Shown here piece by piece: positions 1-13,778 of a DNA stretch of 64,000 nucleotides. Position 1 is the first letter of the stretch, and each line of letters begins with the position of its first letter. Location of the stretch: positions 62,001-126,000 of the forward strand of contig JAANOX010000225.1 of assembly GCA_020184695.1 (NCBI GenBank), given 5' to 3'. Source of the stretch: Histomonas meleagridis 2922-C6/04-290x. Lineage: Eukaryota > Protista > Parabasalia. Position numbers and translations under genes: made by a program. The notes under the pieces were generated by a model. It ran no database searches, was not told where the DNA came from, and saw only the letters and a list, made by a program, of their open reading frames with translations.

Positions 1-3000
1 TTTGCAAATTCTTTGTTATTCGTCTTAAGATCTTCGATTTGTTTCTTCATTTCTTTGTTTTCTGTTTCAAGTTCGTCGATCTGCTTCTTCATTTCATTGT
101 TGTTTGCTTCAAGTTCTTCTTTATTCGACGCAAGTTCATTCACTTTTTGTTCTAATTCTTTGTTCTTTGATTCAAGTTCTTTGATTTGTTTCTTCATTTC
201 GTTGTTGTTTGCTTTAAGTTCTTCATTTTGATTCTTCACTTCATTATTTACTGTTTCGAGTTTATTATTTCTTTGTTCTAAATCTTTAATATTTGCTTCG
301 AATTCGTTGATTTGTTGTTTCATTTCGTTATTATTTGCATCGAGATTTTTGTTTTGCTGTTCCAATTCTTTGTTATTTGATTTAAGTTCTTTAATTTGTT
401 TCTTCATTTCGTTGTTATCTGCTTCGAGATTTTCATTTTGTTGTTCTAACTCATTGATATTGGATTTAAGATCTTTAATCTGTTTCTTTAATTTGTTATT
501 ATTTGTTTCGAGATTTTCGATTTCTTTCTTCATTTCATTATCATCTAATTCGAACTCTTGAATTTGTTCATTTAATTCATTATTTTCCATCTCGAGGTTT
601 TTGATTTGTTTTTCTAATTCTTTGTTGTTTGCTTCAAGTTCTTTAACTTTTTGTTCTAATTCTTTATTAGTTAAATTAAGTTCTTCAATTTGTTTTTCCA
701 AATTTTCTATATTTGCTTCGAGATTTTCAATTTGTTTTTTCATTACTTTATTATTTGTTTCAAGTTCATTAATATGTTTATCTTTTTCATCTTCATTTAA
801 TTCGAGATCTTCTATTCGTTTTTTCATTTCATCATTTTTCCCTTCAAGTTCTTCAATTTGTTGTTTCAACTCTTTGTTATTTATTTCGAGATTTTCCTTT
901 TCTTTTTCCAATTCTTTATTATTAGTTATAAGATTTTCATTTTGTTGTTTCAATTCGTCATTATTCGTTTCAAGTTTATTAATATGTTTATCTTTTTCAT
1001 CTTCATTTAATTCGAGATCTTCAATTCGCTTCTTCATTTCATCATTTTTCCCTTTAAGTTCTTCAATTTGTTGTTTCAGTTCTTTATTATTTAATTCGAG
1101 ATTTTCCTTTTCTTTTTCCAATTCTTTATTATTTGATTGAAGTTCATTGATTTGTTCCACTAATTCATTGTCATTTAATTCGAGATTTTTGTTTTGTTTT
1201 TCTAATTCGTTTTTCTTTGCTTCAAGTTCTTTTATTTGCTTTTTCATTTCATTATTACTTTGTTCAATTTCTTCGTTTTGTTTTTCCATTTCTTTGTTAT
1301 CTTCTACGAGTTCTTTAATGCGCTGTTTTAATTCTTCGTTATTTGCTTGAAGATTTTCATTTTGTTGTTCCAATTCATTGTTATTTGTTTCAAGTTTTGT
1401 AATTTGTTGCTTCATTTCGTTATTATTTGTTTCCAAATTTTCATTTTGTTTTTCCAATTCTTTGTTATTTTCTTCTAATTCTTTTATTTGTTGTTTCAAT
1501 TCGTTATTATTATTTAATATGTTTTCATTTTGTTTTTCTAATTCATTGTTATTGGCTTCAAGTTTCTTTAATTGCTGCTTTATTTCTTCGTTATTTGCTT
1601 GAAGATTTTCATTTTGTTGTTCTAAATTGTTATTATTTATTTGAAGTTTTGATATTTGTTGTTTTAATTCATTATTATTTGTTTCTAATTCTTCGTTATT
1701 TGATTGAAGATTTTCTTTTTGTTGGTCCAATGCTTTGTTCTTTTCTTTAAGTTCTCTTATTTGTTGCTTTAGTTCGTTATTATTTATTTCTAATTCTTCG
1801 TTACTAACTTCAAATTCGTCATCAAGTTTCTTTAATTCTTTATTAATTGATTCAAGGTTTTCAATTTGTTGTTTCATATTTTTATTATCTGCTTCTAATT
1901 CATTAATTTGTTGTTTCATTTCATTGTTATCTTTCTCGATATTTTCAATCTGTTGTTCGAGTTCTTTATTATTTGATTCGAGATTTTCTTTTTCTTTTTC
2001 TAATTCATTGTTATTTGTTTCCAAATTTTCATTGTTAAATTTGAGATTTTTAATTAATTGGTTTAATTTGTTGTTATCTAATTCAAGTTCTTTATTTTGT
2101 TGCATTAATTCATTGTTATTTGATTCCAAATCTTCGATATTTGTTTCTAATTCTTCATTATTTGATTCAATTTCTTTAATTTTTTGTTTCATTTCGTTAT
2201 TGTTTGTTTCAAGATTATCATTATGTTTTTCTAATTCTTTGTTATTTAATTCAAGTTTCTTTAATTGCTGCTTTAATTTATTATTATATGTTTCCATTTC
2301 TTTGTTATTTTCTTCAAGTTCTTCATTTTGTTCTTTTAATTCTTCATTATTTGATTGTATTTTTTCATTTTGTTTCTTTAACTTTTCTTTTTCCATTTCG
2401 AGTTCTTTAATTTGTTGTTTTAATTTATTATTATTTACTTTAAGATTTTCATTGTTTGATTCATGTTCATTAATTTGTTGTTCTAATCCTTTGTTATCTA
2501 TTTCAAACAATTTATTATTTGTTTCAAGTTCTTTTATTCGTTGTTCTAATTCATAATTATTTGCTTCAAGGTTTTCATTTTGTTTTTCTAAATTTGTATT
2601 ATTTGATTCAAGTTTTTTAATTTGTTGTTTTAATTTATCGTTATTAGTTTCAAGATTTTCATTTTGTTTTTCTAAATCTTTTTTATTTTCTTCAATTTCT
2701 TCGATTTGTTTTTCTAATTCATTATTATTAGTTTCGAGATTTTCATTTTGTTTTTCCAAATCTTTTTTATTTAATTCAAGTTTTTTAATTTGTTGTTTTA
2801 ATTCTTTATTATTATTTTCAATATTTTCTTTTTGTTGTTCTAAATTTTTATTATTTGTTTTAAGGTTTTCTATTTGTTTCTTTAATTTAATATCATTTGA
2901 TTCCATTTCTTCTTTTATATCATTAATTTCATTTTTCATTTTATCATTATCATATTTCTGATCTTTAATTTTTTGTTTTAACTCCAAATTTTGTAACTTT

Positions 3001-4778
3001 AAGTTATCATTATCCATAAATAACTTTTGATTTTTTTCTTGAAGTTTTTTATTTTCATTTTTCATATTTTTATTTTGTTGTTGTAATTTCTTAAATTCAT
3101 TTTTAATCGGAATTACAGAGTTATTAATTTCATTCTTTAAATCTATAATTTCAGATTTTAATTTTAAGTTTGATTCTTTTAATTGATTATTACTTAAAAC
3201 TTTACCATTTAAATCATTTTGTATATCATTATAAGAATTATGAAGTTTTTGGTTTTCTAATCTTAAATCTTCAAGTGTGTTTTTGATTTTTCCAGCTTTT
3301 TTAATGAACTTATCAATCATCTGATAATTTTGTTTAATTATTTCATTTTTTGTATGATTTAAATCATCCAAAGTTTTATTAAAACTTTCGATATTATCAA
3401 AACTAAAATATATATCTTTACTATTTTCAAAGATATCATTTAATTTTTTGATTTCTCCAGTTTGTTCTTGAGAAATTGTTTTAAATCCGGAATAATTTGT
3501 TTGCATTTTATCTAAATCAACTTTTAATTCATTTATTTCTTCATTTTGTTGTTTTATAATTGATTTCAAATTTTCGATTTCTTTTAATTTATTTAATAAA
3601 TTTATTTTATCTTTTGTTACTTCAATTTCATCATTTGTTGATGATGATAATAATAATTTAAGTTCATCGTTTTCCTTTTTTAAGTTATTTATTTTCTCTT
3701 TACGTATATCCGAAATCATTAATGAATGTTCAAATTCTTTTTGTTGAATGCTCCCTAAAGAATTTCGTTTTTGTGCTGTAGAATACGAATTATATAATTT
3801 TTTGTTTTCTTTTCCTAATTTTGTTAATTCATTTTTTGTCATTTTTATTTCGTGTTTTAAATCGGAATTTTCGCGTTTTATTTTATTGTTTTCATCTTCA
3901 AGATCTGATAAAATTAGTTGCTTACTTTCTTGTAAATATTTTAGTTCTGCAAGTTCTTCTTTAGTTCGTTGAAGTTCGTTTTGTATTAATGAAATTTTAT
4001 TATTTTTCTCTTTCTCAAAAATTAAACTTTTCGTTTGATCCGAAATTGATTTTTCAAGTTCTTTGTTACGTTGCTTTTGAAGAGCTAACCCTTCTTTGGT
4101 GTACTCTAGTTCTGTCTCAAGTTCATCTATTTTTAAATTTGCAATTTGATTTTCGCGTTGAGCAATAATGAGATCATCTAATGTTTTGGCTGATTTGTTT
4201 TTTATTGATTCTATACAACTAAGCTCACTTTTTAGAACTTGAATTTGTGATTTAAAGTCTTCAATCTGTTGCTTGGTTACTTGATTATTTTGATTTTGTT
4301 GATTCGAAGAATTTACATAATTTGTCATAACAATCCGTACCTTGTCTCGAAGTTGATGAAAATCTTCTGTTTGTTGAGAAATCATTAGAAGAACATAAGC
4401 TTTTAATATTCCGATTTGACACTTGATTCTACTAACTTTGGATAAATAACTTACAAGATCATCATCAGATTTTGGAAGATATTTACCGAGTTCTTTTTGA
4501 CTACCATTAGAAAATTTTTCTAATAATTGAATAAATCGAAAATCAAGATTTTGAAATTCTGTTTCTATTGTTGCACTTTCATTCATAAATTTCTTAGTAA
4601 AATTTTTAACAAAAAACTCTCTCTCTACTTTAAGATGTGAAGAAATAAACAAATCGATTTTTTGAATAATTTCATCTTTTTGCCACTTCTCAAGACCACT
4701 TAGTGTAGAATTAATTGATGATAAAAACTTGCCCATTCTTTCTTTATAAAATGATTCCATTGAGTTTTCTTGCGACAT
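1..4778 (-). CDS. Large coiled-coil protein, runs off the window start (>1590 aa)
   Basis: ATG at 4778 (MSQENSMESFYKERMGKF...) is in frame with K/E/Q/N heptad-rich codons at the window start (...KEMKKQIEDLKTNNKEFA). It is absent from the ORF track, consistent with no stop inside the window. The many F/S/L-rich + strand ORFs are its antisense shadows. There is an internal ~210-nt duplication (781 vs 991). Confidence 0.85.
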   Translation of the reverse strand, partial: MSQENSMESFYKERMGKFLSSINSTLSGLEKWQKDEIIQKIDLFISSHLKVEREFFVKNFTKKFMNESATIETEFQNLDFRFIQLLEKFSNGSQKELGKYLPKSDDDLVSYLSKVSRIKCQIGILKAYVLLMISQQTEDFHQLRDKVRIVMTNYVNSSNQQNQNNQVTKQQIEDFKSQIQVLKSELSCIESIKNKSAKTLDDLIIAQRENQIANLKIDELETELEYTKEGLALQKQRNKELEKSISDQTKSLIFEKEKNNKISLIQNELQRTKEELAELKYLQESKQLILSDLEDENNKIKRENSDLKHEIKMTKNELTKLGKENKKLYNSYSTAQKRNSLGSIQQKEFEHSLMISDIRKEKINNLKKENDELKLLLSSSTNDEIEVTKDKINLLNKLKEIENLKSIIKQQNEEINELKVDLDKMQTNYSGFKTISQEQTGEIKKLNDIFENSKDIYFSFDNIESFNKTLDDLNHTKNEIIKQNYQMIDKFIKKAGKIKNTLEDLRLENQKLHNSYNDIQNDLNGKVLSNNQLKESNLKLKSEIIDLKNEINNSVIPIKNEFKKLQQQNKNMKNENKKLQEKNQKLFMDNDNLKLQNLELKQKIKDQKYDNDKMKNEINDIKEEMESNDIKLKKQIENLKTNNKNLEQQKENIENNNKELKQQIKKLELNKKDLEKQNENLETNNNELEKQIEEIEENKKDLEKQNENLETNNDKLKQQIKKLESNNTNLEKQNENLEANNYELEQRIKELETNNKLFEIDNKGLEQQINEHESNNENLKVNNNKLKQQIKELEMEKEKLKKQNEKIQSNNEELKEQNEELEENNKEMETYNNKLKQQLKKLELNNKELEKHNDNLETNNNEMKQKIKEIESNNEELETNIEDLESNNNELMQQNKELELDNNKLNQLIKNLKFNNENLETNNNELEKEKENLESNNKELEQQIENIEKDNNEMKQQINELEADNKNMKQQIENLESINKELKKLDDEFEVSNEELEINNNELKQQIRELKEKNKALDQQKENLQSNNEELETNNNELKQQISKLQINNNNLEQQNENLQANNEEIKQQLKKLEANNNELEKQNENILNNNNELKQQIKELEENNKELEKQNENLETNNNEMKQQITKLETNNNELEQQNENLQANNEELKQRIKELVEDNKEMEKQNEEIEQSNNEMKKQIKELEAKKNELEKQNKNLELNDNELVEQINELQSNNKELEKEKENLELNNKELKQQIEELKGKNDEMKKRIEDLELNEDEKDKHINKLETNNDELKQQNENLITNNKELEKEKENLEINNKELKQQIEELEGKNDEMKKRIEDLELNEDEKDKHINELETNNKVMKKQIENLEANIENLEKQIEELNLTNKELEQKVKELEANNKELEKQIKNLEMENNELNEQIQEFELDDNEMKKEIENLETNNNKLKKQIKDLKSNINELEQQNENLEADNNEMKKQIKELKSNNKELEQQNKNLDANNNEMKQQINEFEANIKDLEQRNNKLETVNNEVKNQNEELKANNNEMKKQIKELESKNKELEQKVNELASNKEELEANNNEMKKQIDELETENKEMKKQIEDLKTNNKEFA

Positions 4779-5063
4779 TCCAGATTTTGGCGGTTTTATT
4801 TAACGGCTCTCATTTGGGGGAGGTTAAAATTGAAAAGAGTACGGTAAAAGACTAAAACGTTCTCTAAATGAATTCTGCGAATTTTCCAATTTTTCCAAAA
4901 CTTGTCTTTAAATATTCATTAAGTTAATGCTCAATATTATTATTTGCTCTCTTTGTTTATTTCAATATTAGTTTCAACAAAAAATGTTTTCTATTTAAAT
5001 TATATACTCAAATTTAATTGTAAAGGTAATTCCTTATCTCACAAAAAATAAACAAATATATAT

Positions 5064-6553
5064 TTAACTTTTATTTATTTGACTTTTCTGGCGAAGTAAA
5101 TTTTCAATTTCTGATTGACTTCCTGTGGATGCATACATAAGTGCTGTTTTAAATAATTCCAATAATTTCCATATACTTTTTTAAAACATAAAATTATTTT
5201 TATAAATATTAAGTTAAATAATTAAATACTTTTTATATTAACATCATTTCCATCATGTTCAAGAAATAATTCAACTATTTCTTTATTGCCTTTATAAGAA
5301 GCTATCATTAGTGCTGTTTCAAATGAATTAAATTAACTCCAAATATAATTTTGAAATAAGATAAAATGTTAAGAACAAACTTTAATTATATTAAATAAAT
5401 ATTTTTTGCATTTATATCTATGTCTTTTTGCTTTAAAAGTAATTTAACTATGTCTATATGGCCTTCTTTTGATGCCCATATAAGTGCTGTTTCAAATAAT
5501 AAAAGTAATTTTCGAATATTTTAATGAAATATCAAATTATTTAAATAAGCATTATCAAAAGCAAATTAATACTTTTCGCATTAACATCAATTCCTTCTTG
5601 TTCAAGAAGCAATTGGACTATATCTGTATGACCATTCCAAGATGCTAAAATTAGTGATGTCCAATATAAATCAAATAAATTCCAAATATTATTAAGAAAT
5701 CCAAAATTATTAAAATGAATTTTATATAAAATAAATAAACACTTTTAGCATTAATATCAATTCCTTCTTGTTCAAGAAGCAATTTTACTGTTTTTATATT
5801 ACCATATCTCGCTGCATTCATTAATGCTGTTTCAAATTATTTAAACAAATTCCAATAATTATAATGAAATAAGATAAAATTGATAAAATAAACTTTAAAT
5901 TGAATAAATGAATGCTTTTGGTATTGACATTAATTCCTTTTTGTTTGAGAAGTACTTTAACGATTGCTGAATGGCCGTTTTCAGCTGCATAAATAAGCGC
6001 TTTTTCAAATAATATAAATAATTTTTATATAAAATGAATAAATACTTTTCATATTAATACATTTTCCTTCTTTTTCAAGAAGTAATTTGACTATTTCTGT
6101 GTTGCCAAAAAAAGATGCTCTTAAAAAAGCTGTTTCAAATAATTTTAATGATTTTTAAATTATATTTTAAAACTCCAAATTATTTAAACAAATTTTAAAT
6201 AATACAAATAAATATCTTTTGCATTAATATGAATTCCCTTTTGTTTGAGAAGCAATTTAAATATTTCTGTATTACCATATAAAGACGCATAAATGAGTGC
6301 TGTTTTAAATAGTTAAAAGAAATTCCAAATATTATTTTGAAATCCAAAATATTTTTATTAAATTTTAAATAGAATAAATTAATATCTTTGGCATTAATCT
6401 GTATTCCCTTTTGTTCAAGAAGTAATTTAACTATTTCGATATGGCCATTCTTAGATGCCCATATTAAAGCTGTTTTAAATAATATGAAAAAATTCCAAAT
6501 ATTATTTTGAAATATCAAAAACATTAAGCAAAATTCAAATAAAATATTAAATC
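5064..6553 (-). repeat. Ankyrin module/spacer array 1
   Basis: Modules at 6473-6384, 6303-6214, 6133-6044, 6003-5914, 5830-5741, 5660-5571, 5490-5401, 5317-5228 and terminal 5147-5064. Spacers are 80, 80, 80, 40, 83, 80, 80, 83 and 80 nt. Confidence 0.9.
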
Positions 6554-7630
6554 ACTTTTCGAATTAAAATTTATTCTTTTTTGTTCAAGGAAAAAGTTAA
6601 ATAACTCAACGTTCATACATGGATTCTCTGTAAATAAAAATAAGTTCGTAATTTTAGTTGAAGAATCATCAATAATTTCATTTTCATAAAAGTAATGAAA
6701 GATTTCATTTCTATGAAATTTAATTGATGTTTCAAGAGCATTTTCAAATGTTGAATGATTTTGTTCACATAAATAAATGATTTCTTCATTTCCACCTGCA
6801 ATTGCATATTTGCCTGTGTTTTTTATATCTACATCATTCATAAGTAAATATTTAAAACATTTAACTGATCCAAAAAATGCTGCAAAATCAATTAATGAAA
6901 CATTTTCTTGATTAATAAATGAACATCTTTCATAAAGTGATGGTTTTATTATTTGATTAAAGTTAAAATCTTCTTGTGATGATATTTCTTGAAGTTTTTC
7001 TATTTCATCATTTCGGATAATTTTTGAGATTTCATTTGGATTTACTCCTTTTTTAATTAATTTCTTATGAATTTCCCAATCATTCTTTGAAAGTTCTTCA
7101 TAATTTTCAAAGAAATACTGAGAAAATGGAACCTGATTTTTCTTTAACTTATTTATGATTTCTGTATTTAAATAATTTGCAAAATAAAATGTTTTTTTAC
7201 TTTTGATGAAATATGGTGATATTAATTTCATTTCAATCATTTTCCCAAGAAGAAAATTGGATTCTTGAGAACATAAATGAAGGAGAAAATTTGCAAATGC
7301 ATGAACCTTATCAGAATTATTTTTATTAAACTTTTTTTCATTGATTTCTTTTTCTTTGATATCTAGTGCTTTCATAAAATTAATATATATATTAAAATCT
7401 TTTCTTTGTGAAACATATGCAGAATAAATCAATCTGCTAAGAGTCAAGTTAGGGCAAGGAGATATATTGTTACTGAGAAGATTCATAGTTTCACTTACAG
7501 ATTCACCAATGTTATCTTCATTTATGTTTAAAATAACTTTCTCAAGCGACTCTAAAATTTTGGTCCATTCTCTTATGGGAGTGTGATGTGGGGATGTGGA
7601 TTTTGCTGGTTTACTTTGGCAATCCCCCAT
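5064..7630 (-). CDS. Trichomonad DUF3447-type ankyrin protein with a spacer-interrupted C-terminal ankyrin array
   Basis: ORF 7630-6554 has LIDFAAFFGSVKCFKYL / YAIAGGNEEIIYLCEQ / IKFHRNEIF motifs. It is followed by 8 x 90-nt ankyrin modules and a terminal module ending TAA at 5064. The N-terminus is MGDCQS. Confidence 0.8.
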
Positions 7631-8256
7631 GCAGAAATTTTTTTTACAGTTTCTTTAACAAAACGATACGAAATTCTGTGTAAACAATGGCCACGTTTCA
7701 ATTTTTGAGAACTAATCGTTTTTTTAACCCAGTAAAACATTCAAAAATGTCATAAAAATTTGACTCCCATGGGAGGCCTTAGAATTATCGGAATTGTGCA
7801 CAATTCAAAATCCTTGACCAACTTTTCAGTACTTTACTCAATTAGGGTTTTGAGCGTACCTGCCATGGTCGTGTAAAAGGGATTTTTTTGCTTACAATTT
7901 TTCTCAATTCCTGTTTATGTTTGCACATGACAATTTTCTCTCAAAGTAAAATCTAATTTTTATTATTTCCACTTTTTGATTTTCTACTTCTAGATTTAGA
8001 AAATTTCGATAATAATAAACTCCAATCTTGGCTGATTTTTGGATAAATTTAATGATAAAATAGTCAAGATAGTTTGAATTTCATTTTGAGCGAACATATA
8101 AATTTCTTTACTGATCTAATGGGACGAAGCATTTTTACACTTTTTATTCTTTTTCATTTTCATTTAACAAAATGTAAGTGCAATTCTAAATTGTAAAATC
8201 AATAAATGATTTATTCATCGATTAACTTCTTATTGATAGTCGAATAATGTTTGATG

Positions 8257-9814
8257 TTACTGTTTTTTGTATCCTTTTGAGCTTAGGATTTCTAATATTT
8301 GTGGATTATATGTTGGAACCATATCCATATCCACAATTAAACCCTTTTGTTCCAAAAGTAATTGGACAATATCAGTTCTTCCATTTCTACATGCGTATAT
8401 GAAAGCAGATTTAAAAATTTAAAACGAATTCCAAAAGAAAAAATCAAATATTATTTAAAACAAACAAACATTAAAACAATAAAACAAATATCTTTCGCAT
8501 TAATATCAATTTCCTTTTGTTCCAAGAGTAATTTCACAATATTCGTATGCCCATTTCTACATGCTCTCATAAGCATAGTAATAAGTCAATATAAAAAACT
8601 CCAAATATTTCACAAAAACATAAAACAAAACAAATGAACAATAAACAAAAAATCTAAATATTTTTCGCATTAATATCAACACCTCCTTGTTGTATAATAT
8701 ATTTCACAACTTCAGTATTTCCAGATGAAGCAGATAATGGTAATATATCCTTCGGGATTTCTTTACCATCGAATTTATTTAAACATTTTATTAGAAATAC
8801 ATTATCAGCTATTGCAGCTTCTCTTAAAAGAACATCATCAATTTCCATTCCTTCTTGTTTTAAGAATGAAAATATTTCATAATTACTATATTCAATACAT
8901 TTCTTACCAAGTGCATGTTTATCATCAGCTTTAACGATTTCGTTTTCATAAAAATAATAAAAAATATCATTACGATGATATTCGATTGCTGTTTCATACG
9001 CATCTTCAAATGATGAAGAATTTTGTTCACATAAATGAATAATTTCTAAATGACCACCAGCAATTGCATATTTCCCAACATTTGATAATACTGAGCCATT
9101 TAATAATAACAATTTAAAGCATTTAATTGCTCCGAAAAATGCTGCATAATCAATTAATGAAATATTCTTTTGATTAATAAAGGAACATACTTCATAAAGC
9201 GATGGTTCAATTGTTTGATCAAAATCAAAATTCGTTTGCGATGTAATTTCTTGAAGTTTTTCAACATTATCATTTCGAATTATTTTCGCAAGTTCATTTG
9301 TATTAATTCGTTCATTAACAAATTGTTTATGAAGTTCCCAATCATTCTTCGAAAGTTTTTCAATGTTACTAAAGAATTTATCATTAAATGGACAATTTTT
9401 CATTTGTTCAATTTCTTCTTTTGTTTTATATTGCGCAAAATATAATGAATTTTTATCTTTAAGACAATCTGAAGAAATTAAACCATATTCAATCATTTTA
9501 GTAAGAAGATAATAGGACTCTTGTGTTTCCATACTTAAAATATAACGTGAAAACATTTTTGTTATTGGATTTTCGGTAATTTCTTCAAGCTTTTCAATCT
9601 CTTTTAAGTAATCAAAATATGGTGTTGTGTTCTTGACTTGAGCGAGAAAGGATGCATAAATGAGCTTGCAAATTATATTGTTAAATGAATTAGGAAGATT
9701 TTTATCAAATAATTTGATTGTTGATTGAATTGAAGAATTAAGATTATCTGCAGCCAAATTAAAGATTATGTGTTCCAATAAAATTAAATCAGATTCCCCT
9801 TTAGTCTCTTCCAT
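8257..9814 (-). CDS. DUF3447-type ankyrin protein with short spaced array 2
   Basis: Paralog of the 7630 gene, likely starting at MEETKG (9814). After ...GGVDINAKN come an 80-nt spacer (8659-8580), a module (8579-8490), another 80-nt spacer (8489-8410) and a terminal module (8409-8257). Confidence 0.8.
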
Positions 9815-9917
9815 CTTTAAAAGTGATATTGTTAATTTGTCCTCCCCAAAAAACGAGAAAAATAAACCATTCAAAGAAAAAGTCATAACCGCTAATAAAT
9901 AAAAGTGCCAGAATGAG

Positions 9918-10505
9918 ATGGAGAAAGAGCAATCTGAACCACCGCAATCAATCTCAATTATTCCTATTCCTGATGATTTAAAAGAAACCCAAAAAGCTGA
10001 ATTCATTGCATATCAAAAATCAGTCATAAAACTTGAAGAAGAATGGAAAGAATTAATGGAAGGGAGAATTATTGATCAAAATTGCATCAATACTTTAGAT
10101 CAAATCAAAGCAAAAAGAATAAAAGAAGCAAATGAGCGATTAAAAATTCGCGTTCAGTTGGCCGAAGAGCAAGCCATAAAAGAAAGAGAACGAATTGAAT
10201 CAGAATTTGAAGATGCAAAAAGAGAACTTCATGAAAAGCTTGTTATGGCATATTCTTTATCCGATCAAAACATTGTGAATCAACTAAAGGAATTGAAAGG
10301 GAAAGATTTTCAATCATACATCACAGAAAATGCAATAGATTTCCCATCTTCCACTCCAGACACTCAAATGAGAACAAGGACACAACTTCCTGATGAGGTA
10401 AAAATTGGTTTATCACCTCAAGAATGTGAAAAAGATCTGAGATACATTCGGTCAATTGTACAAACCGAAAGCTATCATGATGCAAAAAATAATACATTCA
10501 CTTGA
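9918..10505 (+). CDS. Sds3/BRMS1-like coiled-coil protein (putative Sin3-HDAC subunit)
   Basis: 195-aa ORF. Its coiled-coil pattern (LDQIKAKRIKEANERL...IESEFEDAKRELHEKL) resembles the Sds3-like family. Confidence 0.5.
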   Translation: MEKEQSEPPQSISIIPIPDDLKETQKAEFIAYQKSVIKLEEEWKELMEGRIIDQNCINTLDQIKAKRIKEANERLKIRVQLAEEQAIKERERIESEFEDAKRELHEKLVMAYSLSDQNIVNQLKELKGKDFQSYITENAIDFPSSTPDTQMRTRTQLPDEVKIGLSPQECEKDLRYIRSIVQTESYHDAKNNTFT

Positions 10506-10604
10506 TCTATCGCAATAATTTGTTTGATACAATAAAGTTATTATTTTCTTTATTTTTTAGCAGCCGTTTATTTAGGATACCCCAAAATTGCTAATTTAGG
10601 CAAA

Positions 10605-11099
10605 ATGCTTGGAATGAATGATTTGGTGAATGAAATGCAAGGAAAATTCGATCAATTGGAGATGATGATAGAAGGACTATTAAATGAAAACGGAATTAGC
10701 ACCGAATACTTGGATGGCGATACCATTCTTCAATCAATAGATTCATTAATTTCATTATCTGACCTATTAAATGACCAGCAGAAAGTTCGAGACGAAAAAG
10801 GTATTCCAAATATTGATCAAAAAATTCAGAAATATGAAGCCATATTTAATGATTTAAGAAAACGAAAGCAAGAATTAAATCAAAAGATGGTAAAACTAAG
10901 CAACTTAGATATTTCTGCAATTATGAATTATGTAAGAAATCATAAACAAGAGATAATGAAAAATGCATTAATGAAAACAGCTGATATTATTGAAACATTC
11001 CCCACAATTACTAAATCCGAAATAAATACAGTTTTTAACGCTTGCTTGGTAAGAAGTTGTAAGACATCTGTTTCAAGTTTTATTGAAACATTTTCTTGA
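10605..11099 (+). CDS. Hypothetical protein
   Basis: 164-aa ORF with typical sense codon usage and no recognised domain. Confidence 0.6.
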   Translation: MLGMNDLVNEMQGKFDQLEMMIEGLLNENGISTEYLDGDTILQSIDSLISLSDLLNDQQKVRDEKGIPNIDQKIQKYEAIFNDLRKRKQELNQKMVKLSNLDISAIMNYVRNHKQEIMKNALMKTADIIETFPTITKSEINTVFNACLVRSCKTSVSSFIETFS

Positions 11100-11625
11100 A
11101 TACAAAATCAATTTTAAAGTGTTAAAAACAAAAATCCCATCAAAGCTTAAACAGAAAATTTAATCTCAAAGCAGCTTTTTAATCTATTATTTAAAAAATT
11201 CTCAATATATCATTGATTTTGGTGTGTAGTTTAATATAAGTAAACAGCTATTTATATTTGATTCGTTTAATATGTGTTTCTTATGATATTTTGGTTATTC
11301 ATTTCAATAAAGTTTGAAGCATCTTGTTTACACTTGCGTACTTTATTGTTCTGAGCATTGCACAAATTTTATTAGAAAAAATTAGGGATGCTTCAGCTTG
11401 ATAACAAATCTGTTTCCATTGAAGAAATAAACGCTTTTGTACAAATCGAGAAAACGTTACAATTAGATTGGCATTTTTTTATCAAGGGCACCCCAACTGT
11501 GGTCGTTATTTGGATACTTTACAAAAAAATTAAGACGATATCAATTATCAACAAGCCGTTAAGTTTGACTAAAACCGATTTTTTCCATTCATTTTTGTTC
11601 CCATTTTTTAATATTATATTATCTC

Positions 11626-13778
<2,153 letters not shown>

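Noticed and set aside
13-3972. Many F/S/L-rich + strand ORFs
   Set aside because: They are antisense shadows of the minus-strand coiled-coil gene.
6134-6383. Sequencing indels as the cause of the array frameshifts
   Set aside because: The breaks are whole 80-nt blocks of identical length at an identical protein position in many repeats, not single-base homopolymer errors. Only the 79, 81, 82 and 84 nt variants may be errors.
9815-10006. N-terminal extension of the 8654-10006 ORF
   Set aside because: It overlaps the antisense strand of the 9918 gene. The paralogs support a start near 9814.
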